Assembly: GCA_963764625.1 (NCBI GenBank)
Contig: CAVXTH010000009.1
Location: forward strand, 1,024,001-1,088,000
Reading direction: 5' to 3'
Origin: Candidatus Krumholzibacteriota bacterium
GTDB lineage: Bacteria; Krumholzibacteriota; Krumholzibacteriia; JAJRXK01
DNA length: 64,000 nucleotides
The notes under the pieces are model-generated. The model saw only the letters and a list, made by a program, of their open reading frames with translations, made no database searches and had not been told where the DNA came from. The position numbers were made by a program, and so were the translations under genes. Each line of letters starts with the position of its first letter. The stretch's first letter is position 1. Below, piece after piece: positions 1-9,342 of this stretch.

Positions 1-1548
1 CGGATCGCCATTCTTTATCTCTTCTCGGTGACTCTCTTCTTCGCGCTCGGCGGAATCATGGCCGCGCTCATTCGCATCGAACTGGCCACTCCCCAGGGAG
101 ATCTGGTCGAGGCGGCGGTCTACAACCGCCTGTTCACGATGCACGGCGTTCTGATGATCTTCTTCTTTCTCATCCCCGCCATTCCGGGTGTGTTCGGGAA
201 TTTCTTCATGCCGATCATGGTGGGGGCCAGAGACATGGCCTTCCCCAAATTGAATCTCCTGAGTTGGTATCTCTACGTGTTGGGTGGCCTGTGCGCCTTC
301 TACAGCATGGCGAGGGGCGGCGTCGACACCGGCTGGACCTTCTACGCGCCGTTTTCCACCGGCTATTCCAACTCCTACGTCGTCTCCACCGCGATCGGGG
401 CTCTGTTCGTGGGGTTCTCTTCGATTCTCACGGGGTTGAACTTTCTGGTGACGACGCATCGCATGCGGGCACCGGGCCTCAGCTGGTTTCGCCTACCCCT
501 CTTCGTTTGGGGTCATTACGCCACCGCCCTCATCATGATCCTCGGCACTCCGGTGCTCGCGATCACTCTGATTCTGGTGGCTTTGGAGAGAGTGTTCCAG
601 ATCGGGATCTTCGACCCCACCATTGGGGGCGATCCGGTCCTCTTCCAACACCTGTTCTGGTTCTACTCTCATCCCGCGGTGTACATCATGGTGCTGCCGG
701 CCATGGCGATCATCAGTGAGCTCGTCGCCAATTTCAGTCGGCGGCGTATCTTCGGCTACCGCTTCGTCGCCTACGCCAGCGTGGGCATCGCGGTCCTGGG
801 CTTCTTGGTTTGGGGCCACCACATGTTCGTGAGTTCCCAGTCCGTCTATGCCGCCACCGTCTTTTCGGTTCTCACCATGCTGGTCGCGGTACCGTCGGCG
901 ATCAAAGTGTTCAACTGGACCATGACCCTCTACCAGGGGAGCATCTCCTGGGAAACGCCGATGCTCTACGCCATCGGCTTCATGGGGTTGTTCATGATTG
1001 GGGGCTTCACCGGGGTCATGCTCGGCACCCTGGGAATCGACATGCACGTGCACGACACTTATTTCGTCGTGGCCCACTTTCATTACGTGATGGTGGGTGG
1101 GGCCCTGATGGCCTATCTGGGGGGATTGCATTACTGGTGGCCCAAGATGTTCGGGAGGCTCTATCCCAAGTTCTGGTCCAAGATCGCCGCGTTGCTCGTC
1201 TTCGCCGGTTTCAATCTGACCTTCTTCCCGCAGTTCATTCTGGGGTACCTGGGCATGCCGCGCCGCTATCACGCCTACCCACCCGAGTTCCAGGTTCTCA
1301 ACGTGCTCTCCAGCGCCGGAGCCACGATCCTGGCGGTGGGCTACATCATCCCGGTCATCTATTTCGCCTGGTCGCTGCGCTTCGGCAAGAAGTGCCCGCC
1401 AAACCCGTGGGGGGCGGTGGGTCTGGAGTGGCAGGAGACCGCTTCGCCGCCGATCAAGCACAATTTCGATCATCCGGTGATCGTGGATTACGAGGCCTAC
1501 GATTTCTCTCGTTCTCCCGCGGTGTCAAACAACGAGGAAGGAGCCTGA
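1..1548 (+). CDS. ctaD: Cytochrome c oxidase subunit I, A2-type (5' partial)
   Basis: Motifs [39 protein letters not shown] and GMPRRY; the frame is open from base 1. Confidence 0.97.
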   Translation, partial: RIAILYLFSVTLFFALGGIMAALIRIELATPQGDLVEAAVYNRLFTMHGVLMIFFFLIPAIPGVFGNFFMPIMVGARDMAFPKLNLLSWYLYVLGGLCAFYSMARGGVDTGWTFYAPFSTGYSNSYVVSTAIGALFVGFSSILTGLNFLVTTHRMRAPGLSWFRLPLFVWGHYATALIMILGTPVLAITLILVALERVFQIGIFDPTIGGDPVLFQHLFWFYSHPAVYIMVLPAMAIISELVANFSRRRIFGYRFVAYASVGIAVLGFLVWGHHMFVSSQSVYAATVFSVLTMLVAVPSAIKVFNWTMTLYQGSISWETPMLYAIGFMGLFMIGGFTGVMLGTLGIDMHVHDTYFVVAHFHYVMVGGALMAYLGGLHYWWPKMFGRLYPKFWSKIAALLVFAGFNLTFFPQFILGYLGMPRRYHAYPPEFQVLNVLSSAGATILAVGYIIPVIYFAWSLRFGKKCPPNPWGAVGLEWQETASPPIKHNFDHPVIVDYEAYDFSRSPAVSNNEEGA

Positions 1549-1549
1549 G

Positions 1550-2224
1550 TTGACCGCCATCGACCCAACCAGTGCTCCTCAGGGACCAAACCGCAGAGTT
1601 CGCTACTATTTCTGCGACGCCGACCAGCAGAGCCAGGCGGTTCAGCAGGGGATGTGGATTTTTCTGGTGCAGGAGATCCTGTTCTTCGGCGGGCTCTTCA
1701 TGGCGTACTTGTTCTACCGGACCCAGTTTCCGCATTCCTTCGCCGCGGGCAGCCATCATCTCGATGTGCGGCTCGGGACGGCGAACACCGCGGTATTGCT
1801 CCTCAGCTCATTCACCATGGCGACGGCGGTGCGCTGCACTCAGGTGCGGCAACGCGCCGGCACGGTGGTCTCCCTTTTGTTGACGGCTTGTCTGGGCCTG
1901 GTGTTTCTCGGTATCAAGGGCATCGAATACGGCGTGAAATTTCGGGAACATCTGATTCCCGGACCGGATTTCACCTGGCACGGCGCCGGCAATCCACACC
2001 ACGTCCAGATGTTCTTCAATCTCTACTTCGCCATGACGGGGCTCCACGCGCTCCACATGATCATCGGGGTGGGGCTCGTGCTTGCTCTGGTTCCGCGCGC
2101 GGTGAAAGGCGTCTTCAACGAGGGCTACAACGATCCGGTCGGAGTGGTAGGACTCTACTGGCACTTTGTCGACCTGATCTGGATCTTTCTCTTTCCCCTG
2201 CTGTATTTGGTCGGCAGACATTAG
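1550..2224 (+). CDS. ctaE: Cytochrome c oxidase subunit III (short form)
   Basis: GMWIFLVQE, NTAVLLLSS, MTGLHALH, GLYWHFVDLIWIFLFPLLY. Confidence 0.93.
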   Translation: MTAIDPTSAPQGPNRRVRYYFCDADQQSQAVQQGMWIFLVQEILFFGGLFMAYLFYRTQFPHSFAAGSHHLDVRLGTANTAVLLLSSFTMATAVRCTQVRQRAGTVVSLLLTACLGLVFLGIKGIEYGVKFREHLIPGPDFTWHGAGNPHHVQMFFNLYFAMTGLHALHMIIGVGLVLALVPRAVKGVFNEGYNDPVGVVGLYWHFVDLIWIFLFPLLYLVGRH

Positions 2225-2233
2225 GAGGGCATC

Positions 2234-2533
2234 ATGATTCACCATGTGGTATCGAGTAAAACCAACGTCCTGGTGCTCTGCGCCCTCTTGACCTTGACCG
2301 CGCTGACGGTTCTCGTTGCCTATCAGGATCTGGGCAGGATGAACAACGTGGCGGCCATCGGAATCGCCTGCCTCAAGGCCGCTCTCGTCATGTGGTTCTT
2401 CATGCACCTCAAGTTCGCGAGCAATCTGGTGCGCGTCGCGATCGCCACCGGTCTCGTCTTCATGCTCATTCTCTTCGGATTCACGATGGCCGACCTGCTC
2501 ACCCGGGGGATGCTGGGCGTTCCTGGGAAGTGA
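2234..2533 (+). CDS. ctaF: Cytochrome c oxidase subunit IV
   Basis: 99-aa three-TM protein with KAALVMWFFMHLK; RBS GGAGG; directly follows subunit III. Confidence 0.88.
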   Translation: MIHHVVSSKTNVLVLCALLTLTALTVLVAYQDLGRMNNVAAIGIACLKAALVMWFFMHLKFASNLVRVAIATGLVFMLILFGFTMADLLTRGMLGVPGK

Positions 2534-2546
2534 TCGACGAGGGGGG

Positions 2547-3737
2547 CTAGCTCTTCTGCAGGATGTGGCTCTCCTGCAGATGGGAGAGACACGCATCGAT
2601 GCCTGCCTCGTCCAGGCAGACGCTCAAGCGCACGAAGCCCTTGCCCTGCGGTCCGAATGCGCTCCCGGGCACCGTCAGAACCCCGCTCCGCGCGAAAAGC
2701 TCTTCCTGAAAGCCCAGTTCGTCCTCGCCCCAAGCGGTGGGGATTCTCGCCCAGAGAAAGATCGTGGACGAAGAGGGGGCGAGCTCCCACCCCAATTTGG
2801 ACAAGCCGGCGCAGAGCCGGCCCTGCCGACGTCGCAGGGAATCCCGTTGGTCGGCCAGGAACGCGTCGTCCCCCACATAGGCCGCGGCCAACGCCCGCTG
2901 TAAGGCGAGTGCCGGGGTCGAGCCCAGGTGACTGGCGAGGTGGGTGAGGGTGGAAATGAGGGCCTCGTTTCCGGCGAGGATCGCCGGTCCCCAATCCTGG
3001 AGACGGTGGCTGCACGTGAGAGTGGAAATCTCCACCGCGGATTCGCGCGCGCCGGGAAGCTCGAAGATGGAGCTCGGCAGATGCTTCTCCCGTAGCGCGA
3101 ACTCGCTCCAACGAATCGAAGAGACGAGGGTGATCTCGTGGTCCCGGCAAAGGGCCAAGGCCTCTCGCAGTTGAGAGAGCTCACACACCGTCCCGGTGGG
3201 GTCGTGAGGGTACCCGACGAGGAGAAGCTTGGCCGCCTTGAGAATTTCGTCGTTCAGGTTCTGCCAGCGAGGCAGCCAGGCGTTCTCTTCGTCAAGCGGG
3301 ACGAACTCGATTCTGGCTCGGGCGATCTGGGCGGCGGACGTCCAAGCGGGGGGAGACAAAGCGGGAAGAAGGACGAGATCCCCCGGCTGAAGGAGGCTTC
3401 TCATGAGCAGCTGAAGCGAATCCGGTTCGCTGCCGCGTACGAGGATCTCGGCTCTGGGATCGAGGTGGACCGTGAACCGCCTCTCGTACCACTGCGAAAC
3501 GCCCTCCAGTAGCTCCTCGAGTCCCCTGACCTCGGGGCAGCGCGCCGCGGCGCCGGGTTTGGGTTCCAGGGACTCGATCATCTCCTTGAGCACGTACCCC
3601 GGAGGAGGTCCGGGGGGGCAGTTGAGGCTGAGATCGAAGACTCGCCTCCCCTCCGCCAGCGCCGTGCTCGACTTGGCGTGTAACTGCTCGAAAATGCTGG
3701 GTTCGAGGAGTGGGGAGGCCGGGGGATGGGTGTGCAT
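2547..3737 (-). CDS. Class I/II PLP aminotransferase homologue (DapL-like fold) with degenerate catalytic residues
   Basis: WYERRF.V.LDP, PGDLVL, YPHDPTG, VPGSAFG..GKGFVRLS; TLTC in place of SLSK; RBS GAGGAG before ATG 3737. Confidence 0.85.
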   Translation of the reverse strand: MHTHPPASPLLEPSIFEQLHAKSSTALAEGRRVFDLSLNCPPGPPPGYVLKEMIESLEPKPGAAARCPEVRGLEELLEGVSQWYERRFTVHLDPRAEILVRGSEPDSLQLLMRSLLQPGDLVLLPALSPPAWTSAAQIARARIEFVPLDEENAWLPRWQNLNDEILKAAKLLLVGYPHDPTGTVCELSQLREALALCRDHEITLVSSIRWSEFALREKHLPSSIFELPGARESAVEISTLTCSHRLQDWGPAILAGNEALISTLTHLASHLGSTPALALQRALAAAYVGDDAFLADQRDSLRRRQGRLCAGLSKLGWELAPSSSTIFLWARIPTAWGEDELGFQEELFARSGVLTVPGSAFGPQGKGFVRLSVCLDEAGIDACLSHLQESHILQKS

Positions 3738-3975
3738 GGCCAACTCCTCTCAGGGCGCGAACAAAAGCCGAGTTTCAGGGGCAGACTAGCACACCGAAGG
3801 CCGGCGTCAAACCGTCTCCTTTGCTCGTCCGCGCAATTCGTGATACGATTGCACCAAGATATACCCATGGTGTATCAAGTCACCGCTCATTCATGAACTG
3901 CACTCGTTCCTCTCGATTGCCAGGGGAGGAGAGTGCAAGCGGCTCTTGATCGGTGTTGAAATCGAGGCTCCCACA

Positions 3976-4734
3976 ATGAGGTCGACTCCGGTTCGTGCTG
4001 CAGCGGAGCTGCGGCCTGCGACCATGCCGAGTGCCATCGCGTGCCCACGAGTGTGCGAGCACGCGGGATTTGGCAGCTCCTGCCTTTCGAGTTCTCGCTT
4101 GGAGATGATCCTCGACGGCCTCGAGGCGGCCGGGCATCGCTTTCTGGATCTGGACGAATACCGGGCTGCAGTGGAGGGCTTGCGGGAAGCCCCCGACGGT
4201 CTCCTGCTCACCTTCGATCACGGCGAGGTCGAATTCCTCGAATCGACACTTCCCATCCTCCGGCAACGGGGTATTCCCTCGGTTCTCTTCCTTGCCATCG
4301 CCTCGGTGGGCCGGGTCACGAGCCGAGGATTCGGCCCGCTCAGACAGCAACATCGACAGCTTTCGTGGTCACAACTTCGAAGGCTCATCGGGGCCGGGGT
4401 GCGCGTGCAGTCGGCCGGTTTCGAGTCCGTGGGCTTGGGAAGGATGACCCTCGAGGTCGAGTACGGAGATCTCATCCGCTCGCGTCGGGAGCTGGAGCGA
4501 CGTCTCCAAGAGGTAGCGGTGGCGTTGAAATATCCGGAGCCCGCCATCGACGAGAGAATGGCCGATCTCGCCCGCCGCGCCGGATTCGTAATGGCCTTCG
4601 GTTCGGCGAAGGATGGAGTGGTGGAACCGCTCTTCAGTCTCGGGCGGATTTCCCTGCGCCGCACGGATTCGGCCAAGTCCGTTCTCAGCCGGATTGCCGA
4701 CCGAAAGCCCAGCTTTCTAGCGGTGCGCGCCTGA
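3976..4734 (+). CDS. Polysaccharide deacetylase (NodB/CE4) homologue with degenerate motifs
   Basis: LLLTFDHG, LPILRQRGIPSVLF, LSWSQLRRL..AGV, SRRELERRL, AGF..AF; start uncertain. Confidence 0.75.
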   Translation: MRSTPVRAAAELRPATMPSAIACPRVCEHAGFGSSCLSSSRLEMILDGLEAAGHRFLDLDEYRAAVEGLREAPDGLLLTFDHGEVEFLESTLPILRQRGIPSVLFLAIASVGRVTSRGFGPLRQQHRQLSWSQLRRLIGAGVRVQSAGFESVGLGRMTLEVEYGDLIRSRRELERRLQEVAVALKYPEPAIDERMADLARRAGFVMAFGSAKDGVVEPLFSLGRISLRRTDSAKSVLSRIADRKPSFLAVRA

Positions 4735-4735
4735 A

Positions 4736-5818
4736 CTATTTCTGGTCTTTCAAAGTGAGTTGGTAGTCGTCGGATCCGATCCGCCGATACTCGAATTGCG
4801 CGAGCCCGCCCTCTTGCCAGGAGCGGTAGAGCGGAGTGTCCAAAGAGCTCAGAGTCGGCGGATATTCCGATTTGGACTCGTGGTAGAGCGCCAGCGAGTG
4901 TTCGACTCGAGTCTTCAGCTCTTCCCTCTGAAATGCTTGCTCGCGCTGCAAGGCCGCCGTCGTGCGTTGGGCGTACGAGCTCATGGGAGAAAGCCACCAA
5001 CTCGCGGCGAGCGCCGCGAGGGAGAGGACCAAGAGAAAGAGGGCGGAGAGCGAGACCGAGCGGGTGCTCTCCTGAGGGGTGGCGCTCTCGATTTCGCTCA
5101 TCGGCGCCTGGGGAAGATCGAGAACCCGAATCAGATCGAGATCGCGCAACATCTCGAGGGTTTGCAGCACGTCGAAATGAGAGATCCTGCCCGTGGCTTC
5201 GATGCGCCCGACGGTGGACTCTTCGCCGATGAGGTGGAGTATGTTCTTGGGTCGATGCCCAATGGGAAGCCCTTCCACCTCCTTCTCCGTTCTACGAAGC
5301 CGAACGTCGCCGTCGAAGTAGCGTTCCTCGAGAGTCGCGATCTCGTCGATGCGACGGGCCGCCTCCATGAGGAGCCCTTCCACCTTGACGCGAATACGGG
5401 CACGGACTCCGTGGAGCAACTCGCGTCCGGATTGGAAGTGATAGCGTCCGTCACGCAGCAGCATCCCCTTGAAGATGTGTTCTTGCGCGACGTCGAGCTG
5501 CACGCGCAAGAGCTCTTCCGGGCTCATATGTCCTTCATTGATGATGATCTCGGTAAAATCGAGGTCGCTGTTGGTCTGGATGAACTTGAGATGTTCCCAG
5601 TTTTCCGCGGTGAAGAATCCGTAGTTCTTCAAGTACGCCTGAAGAGGGTCCGGAGCTGCGCCGCGTCGATCGCGGTAGCCGACCAATTCCCCGCTCTCGA
5701 AATAGAGAACCATGGGGTAGGAAGCTTCTACGGTCAGAACGCCGGTTTTCTGCTGCAGCGCGATCAGCTGGAGAATTTCCTCCAGCGTGAAATCATTGAG
5801 ACGCCCTTCCAGTGCCAT
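4736..5818 (-). CDS. DUF4388 (PATAN-like) domain membrane protein
   Basis: N-terminal MALEGRLNDFTLEEILQLI..QKTGVL and LLMEAARRIDE; one TM segment followed by a YPPTL tail. Confidence 0.82.
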   Translation of the reverse strand: MALEGRLNDFTLEEILQLIALQQKTGVLTVEASYPMVLYFESGELVGYRDRRGAAPDPLQAYLKNYGFFTAENWEHLKFIQTNSDLDFTEIIINEGHMSPEELLRVQLDVAQEHIFKGMLLRDGRYHFQSGRELLHGVRARIRVKVEGLLMEAARRIDEIATLEERYFDGDVRLRRTEKEVEGLPIGHRPKNILHLIGEESTVGRIEATGRISHFDVLQTLEMLRDLDLIRVLDLPQAPMSEIESATPQESTRSVSLSALFLLVLSLAALAASWWLSPMSSYAQRTTAALQREQAFQREELKTRVEHSLALYHESKSEYPPTLSSLDTPLYRSWQEGGLAQFEYRRIGSDDYQLTLKDQK

Positions 5819-5831
5819 TGAGCCTACCTCG

Positions 5832-7754
5832 TCAGATTCTCATCTGCTTCTCGCTGCGACCGTCCATGAGATCGGCCAGCCGCACCATGCTCGCAGGATG
5901 AAGATGGAAGCTCCGGCTGCGCCAGGTGGAGCGGCCGAAACGGGAATAGACATAGAGGAGAATCAACCCCGCGGCGCCGAGAATTCGAGGAAGCGCGAGC
6001 AAGGGGATGTGATGAATGGGTTGCCACGGATCGTTCAAGAGTCCCCCGGGGCACAGGATGCCGAAGAAGCAGCAGGCGCTGAGAAGGGTGAGAGCGATTC
6101 CGCGCTTCCGCAGACCGGTATACACATCACCCGCGCCGATGAACCAGTTGTTGAGTCGGCGAACTCGAGCACGGAAGGTGAACTCGGTGGAGCGGCGGCG
6201 ATTTCGCAAGAGCGTGCTGAGCACCATCTCGGAGCGGGCCCGGCGAGCCGTGCCGTAGCACGCGGGACAAAAGACGTTTCCGTCATGCTCACCGCTGCAC
6301 CTGGGACAACTCAGTCGGCCACAGTTCGCGCATTCGTAGACGAGCTTCTCGCGGGGAAACACCTTCATCAGGAGCAGGCACAGCGCGAGCGTCACGACTA
6401 GCCAGACATGGATGAAATCAGTGGGGACGCCCAGCCACTTGCTCCAGGGGGCGATGAAATCGAAGGGCCTGAGGTCTTTCTTCTCGTGCCAGGCCATGAC
6501 CCACGAACTCCAGGCGCTGGGCGACTGATAGTACACGGCTCCGGTGGGGAGACGTACTCCGCTGCTTCCCAGCTCGAAACCCGCACGAGAAGCTCGCTGC
6601 ATGTGGTCCCCGCTCTCCTTGAAGAAGAGCTTCTTGATGTACGCCTGAGCCAGGTTGTAGTGGGTCGACCCCTGGAGGGAGTCCAGGGCCGCGCTGTGCT
6701 GATACCCCGCGACTGCACGATCGTAGTCCCCCCGGAAGTAGTGGTCGTTCGCCAGATTGTTCGTTGCCTTCGGGTCGTTGGGACGCAGGGTGAGAACCTG
6801 CTGGAAATCCGCGGCGCTCTGGGAGAATCGAGCCTGCCGCGCACGCAAGAGGCCGCGCGCGAAGTAGAGGTCGGCGTCCTTGGGGTTCTGCCGCAGCGCT
6901 TCGTCCAACACGCGTTCCAGGCTGGAGTCGGGACTCTCCTGGGTGGCGCGCTGGATCAAACTGGTCCGGCTGGTTTCCCTCACGCCCACCAAGGGGGTGG
7001 AAAAGGTCCCCAGGAAACCCTGGGCCGAAAAGAACAGCAGAAAAGCGGCCACGAAAGCGCGTTCGCGCCGCCCGCCGTAGAGCCAGACGAGAAAAGCGGC
7101 CACGCACAGGCTCGGCAAGACTCCCAGCCCCATAAGGAGAGGAGCGAGCACCGGGATCCAGAGAAACCAGCCTCCGCTCTCCACGTGGCGAGAGCCCTGG
7201 GTGAGGCTCCGCAGCTGGTGATGGAAGAACGGCAAGTAACGCAGGAGCAGAACGAGGAGGATCCAGGCCAAGCTGGCGGCCAGAATCAGATCCGCCACCA
7301 GGAGAATCTGCGAGGCCAAGCGGCTCTGATCGCGGAACCCATGCAAGCTGGTCTGGGCGCCCTCCAGCAGGTCCGTGAGAAAGGCCGGATTCGAACTCTT
7401 CAAATGCACACGGGCCAGAGCGAACCACGCACTGGCATTGGATGCATCGGCCACGGTCGCGCGATCGAGCCTTTCCTCGGCCAGCGTGGCCTTTCCCGCC
7501 TCCAGCTCGAGCGTGCCCTGACGGACCAGAAGCCGCGATTGGACGGGCCGCCGGGCCCAGGACTGAACGATCGGATCCCAGTTGGTCTGATCCGTTGAAT
7601 CCACGGACTGCGGGGCGGTAGGCGGCAAGTTTTCATCCGCCGCCCAGGAGGGCAGGGAACTCGACACGAGCAGGACGAGGAGCAGCGAACCAAGCGCCCC
7701 GAGCAGTGGTTGGTCCGTGCGCAGACGTCCAAAGCGCCAGAAGGATCGGTTCAC
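5832..7754 (-). CDS. Multi-pass membrane TPR protein with Cys-rich Zn-binding motif
   Basis: Signal peptide, TPR repeats, TM clusters, CANCGRLSCPRC...FCPAC; GTG start inferred from upstream GAGG. Confidence 0.75.
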   Translation of the reverse strand: MNRSFWRFGRLRTDQPLLGALGSLLLVLLVSSSLPSWAADENLPPTAPQSVDSTDQTNWDPIVQSWARRPVQSRLLVRQGTLELEAGKATLAEERLDRATVADASNASAWFALARVHLKSSNPAFLTDLLEGAQTSLHGFRDQSRLASQILLVADLILAASLAWILLVLLLRYLPFFHHQLRSLTQGSRHVESGGWFLWIPVLAPLLMGLGVLPSLCVAAFLVWLYGGRRERAFVAAFLLFFSAQGFLGTFSTPLVGVRETSRTSLIQRATQESPDSSLERVLDEALRQNPKDADLYFARGLLRARQARFSQSAADFQQVLTLRPNDPKATNNLANDHYFRGDYDRAVAGYQHSAALDSLQGSTHYNLAQAYIKKLFFKESGDHMQRASRAGFELGSSGVRLPTGAVYYQSPSAWSSWVMAWHEKKDLRPFDFIAPWSKWLGVPTDFIHVWLVVTLALCLLLMKVFPREKLVYECANCGRLSCPRCSGEHDGNVFCPACYGTARRARSEMVLSTLLRNRRRSTEFTFRARVRRLNNWFIGAGDVYTGLRKRGIALTLLSACCFFGILCPGGLLNDPWQPIHHIPLLALPRILGAAGLILLYVYSRFGRSTWRSRSFHLHPASMVRLADLMDGRSEKQMRI

Positions 7755-7938
7755 GTGCGCGCCTCTTGGGTGCGTGGTTCTCAGTGGGCCCTCATTGACA
7801 CAGATTACCCGCGATTTCTCCGCAAGGATTGTGCCGTCCCGGCCGACCCTCCACGGGCCACGGCCGCCGGTATCGGGGCCCCACGGGCGTCGCGGGGCTC
7901 GCAAATCGCGTTGAGGCCGGGGCGGGGGGGAGGCGCAG

Positions 7939-7967
7939 TTGTCGGTCTCGCGGTGAGGTCCTATACT
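7939..7967 (+). promoter_or_regulatory. Putative sigma70 promoter of asnS
   Basis: TTGTCG-N17-TATACT. Confidence 0.45.
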
Positions 7968-8023
7968 CCTGCGTTCCGCGCGGAAGCGGCCGGCCCGCGC
8001 AGCTCTACGGGGAGGACGCGACG

Positions 8024-9322
8024 ATGCAAGCTCAGCTTTGGATCAGTGAGATCGCCAAGAGCGAGGGCCAGGAGGCCCTCGTCAGAGGGTGGGTCTATCA
8101 TCTACGGGGAATGAAGAAGCTGGTGTTCATCGTCTTGCGTGACGGCACCGGACTTCTCCAGGTGGTGGCGGCCAAGAGTGAGGTGGAAGACGAGATCTTC
8201 GAGAGGGCGTTGAATCTCACGCAGGAGACCGCGGTGGAGATTCAGGGAACGGTTACCGCCGATGAGCGCGCCCCCGGCGGATACGAGATGCAGTTGCGCA
8301 CGCTGAAGATCATCGGCGAAAGCGCCGACTATCCGATCACGCCGAAAGAACACGGCACCTCGTTCCTGATGGACCACCGGCATCTCTGGTTGCGCAGCAA
8401 GAAGCAACATGCGCTCATGAAGGTGCGTCACACCGTCATCACCGCGATCCGCGATTTCTTCGACGGTGAGGGCTTCACCCTCATCGACGCGCCCATCTTC
8501 ACTCCGAACGCGTGCGAAGGAACGAGCACTCTGTTCGAAACCGAATATTTCGGCGACAAGGCCTATCTGACGCAGAGTGGCCAACTCTACATGGAGGCGG
8601 CGGCGGCCGCGTTCGGAAAGGCCTACTGCTTCGGTCCCACCTTTCGGGCCGAGCGAAGCAAGACGCGTCGGCATCTCACGGAGTTCTGGATGGTTGAACC
8701 CGAAGTGGCGTTCGCTCGACTCGATGAAGTGATGGAACTGCAGGAACGGTTCGTCTGCTACGTGGTCGCGCGCGCGCTTCAAGAGCGTGGAGATCTGCTC
8801 GAGGAGGTTCTCGAACGCGATCTGAGCAAACTCGAGGCGGTGAAGCCTCCGTTCCAACGTCTGCACTACGACGACGCGGTGAAGATGCTGCAGGCGGGCG
8901 GAATCGAGTTCGAGTGGGGTGGCGATTTTGGGGCTCCCGACGAATCCTACCTGGCCGACTTGCACGACCGTCCTTTCTTCGTGCACCGCTTTCCCGCGGC
9001 CATCAAGGCCTTCTACATGGCGCCGGATCCGCTCGATCCACGCCTCTCTCTCTCGGTGGACCTTCTCGCGCCGGAAGGTTACGGCGAAATCATCGGCGGA
9101 GGAGAACGCAGCGCTGACCTGGAGTTTCTCCTCCGGCAGATCGAAATCCACAAACTCCCCAAGGCGGCCTTCGAGTGGTATCTCGATCTACGCCGCTACG
9201 GCAGCTTCCCCCATGGGGGATTCGGTTTGGGTCTGGAACGGATGGTGACCTATATCGCGGGGGTGCCCCATCTGCGCGAGACCATTCCCTTCCCGCGGCA
9301 GATTCATCGACTCTCTCCCTGA
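8024..9322 (+). CDS. asnS: Asparagine--tRNA ligase
   Basis: OB fold (VRGWV..LR, LRDGTG), [45 protein letters not shown]. Confidence 0.97.
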   Translation: MQAQLWISEIAKSEGQEALVRGWVYHLRGMKKLVFIVLRDGTGLLQVVAAKSEVEDEIFERALNLTQETAVEIQGTVTADERAPGGYEMQLRTLKIIGESADYPITPKEHGTSFLMDHRHLWLRSKKQHALMKVRHTVITAIRDFFDGEGFTLIDAPIFTPNACEGTSTLFETEYFGDKAYLTQSGQLYMEAAAAAFGKAYCFGPTFRAERSKTRRHLTEFWMVEPEVAFARLDEVMELQERFVCYVVARALQERGDLLEEVLERDLSKLEAVKPPFQRLHYDDAVKMLQAGGIEFEWGGDFGAPDESYLADLHDRPFFVHRFPAAIKAFYMAPDPLDPRLSLSVDLLAPEGYGEIIGGGERSADLEFLLRQIEIHKLPKAAFEWYLDLRRYGSFPHGGFGLGLERMVTYIAGVPHLRETIPFPRQIHRLSP

Positions 9323-9342
9323 GGCGCTCGGCTGGAGGACTC

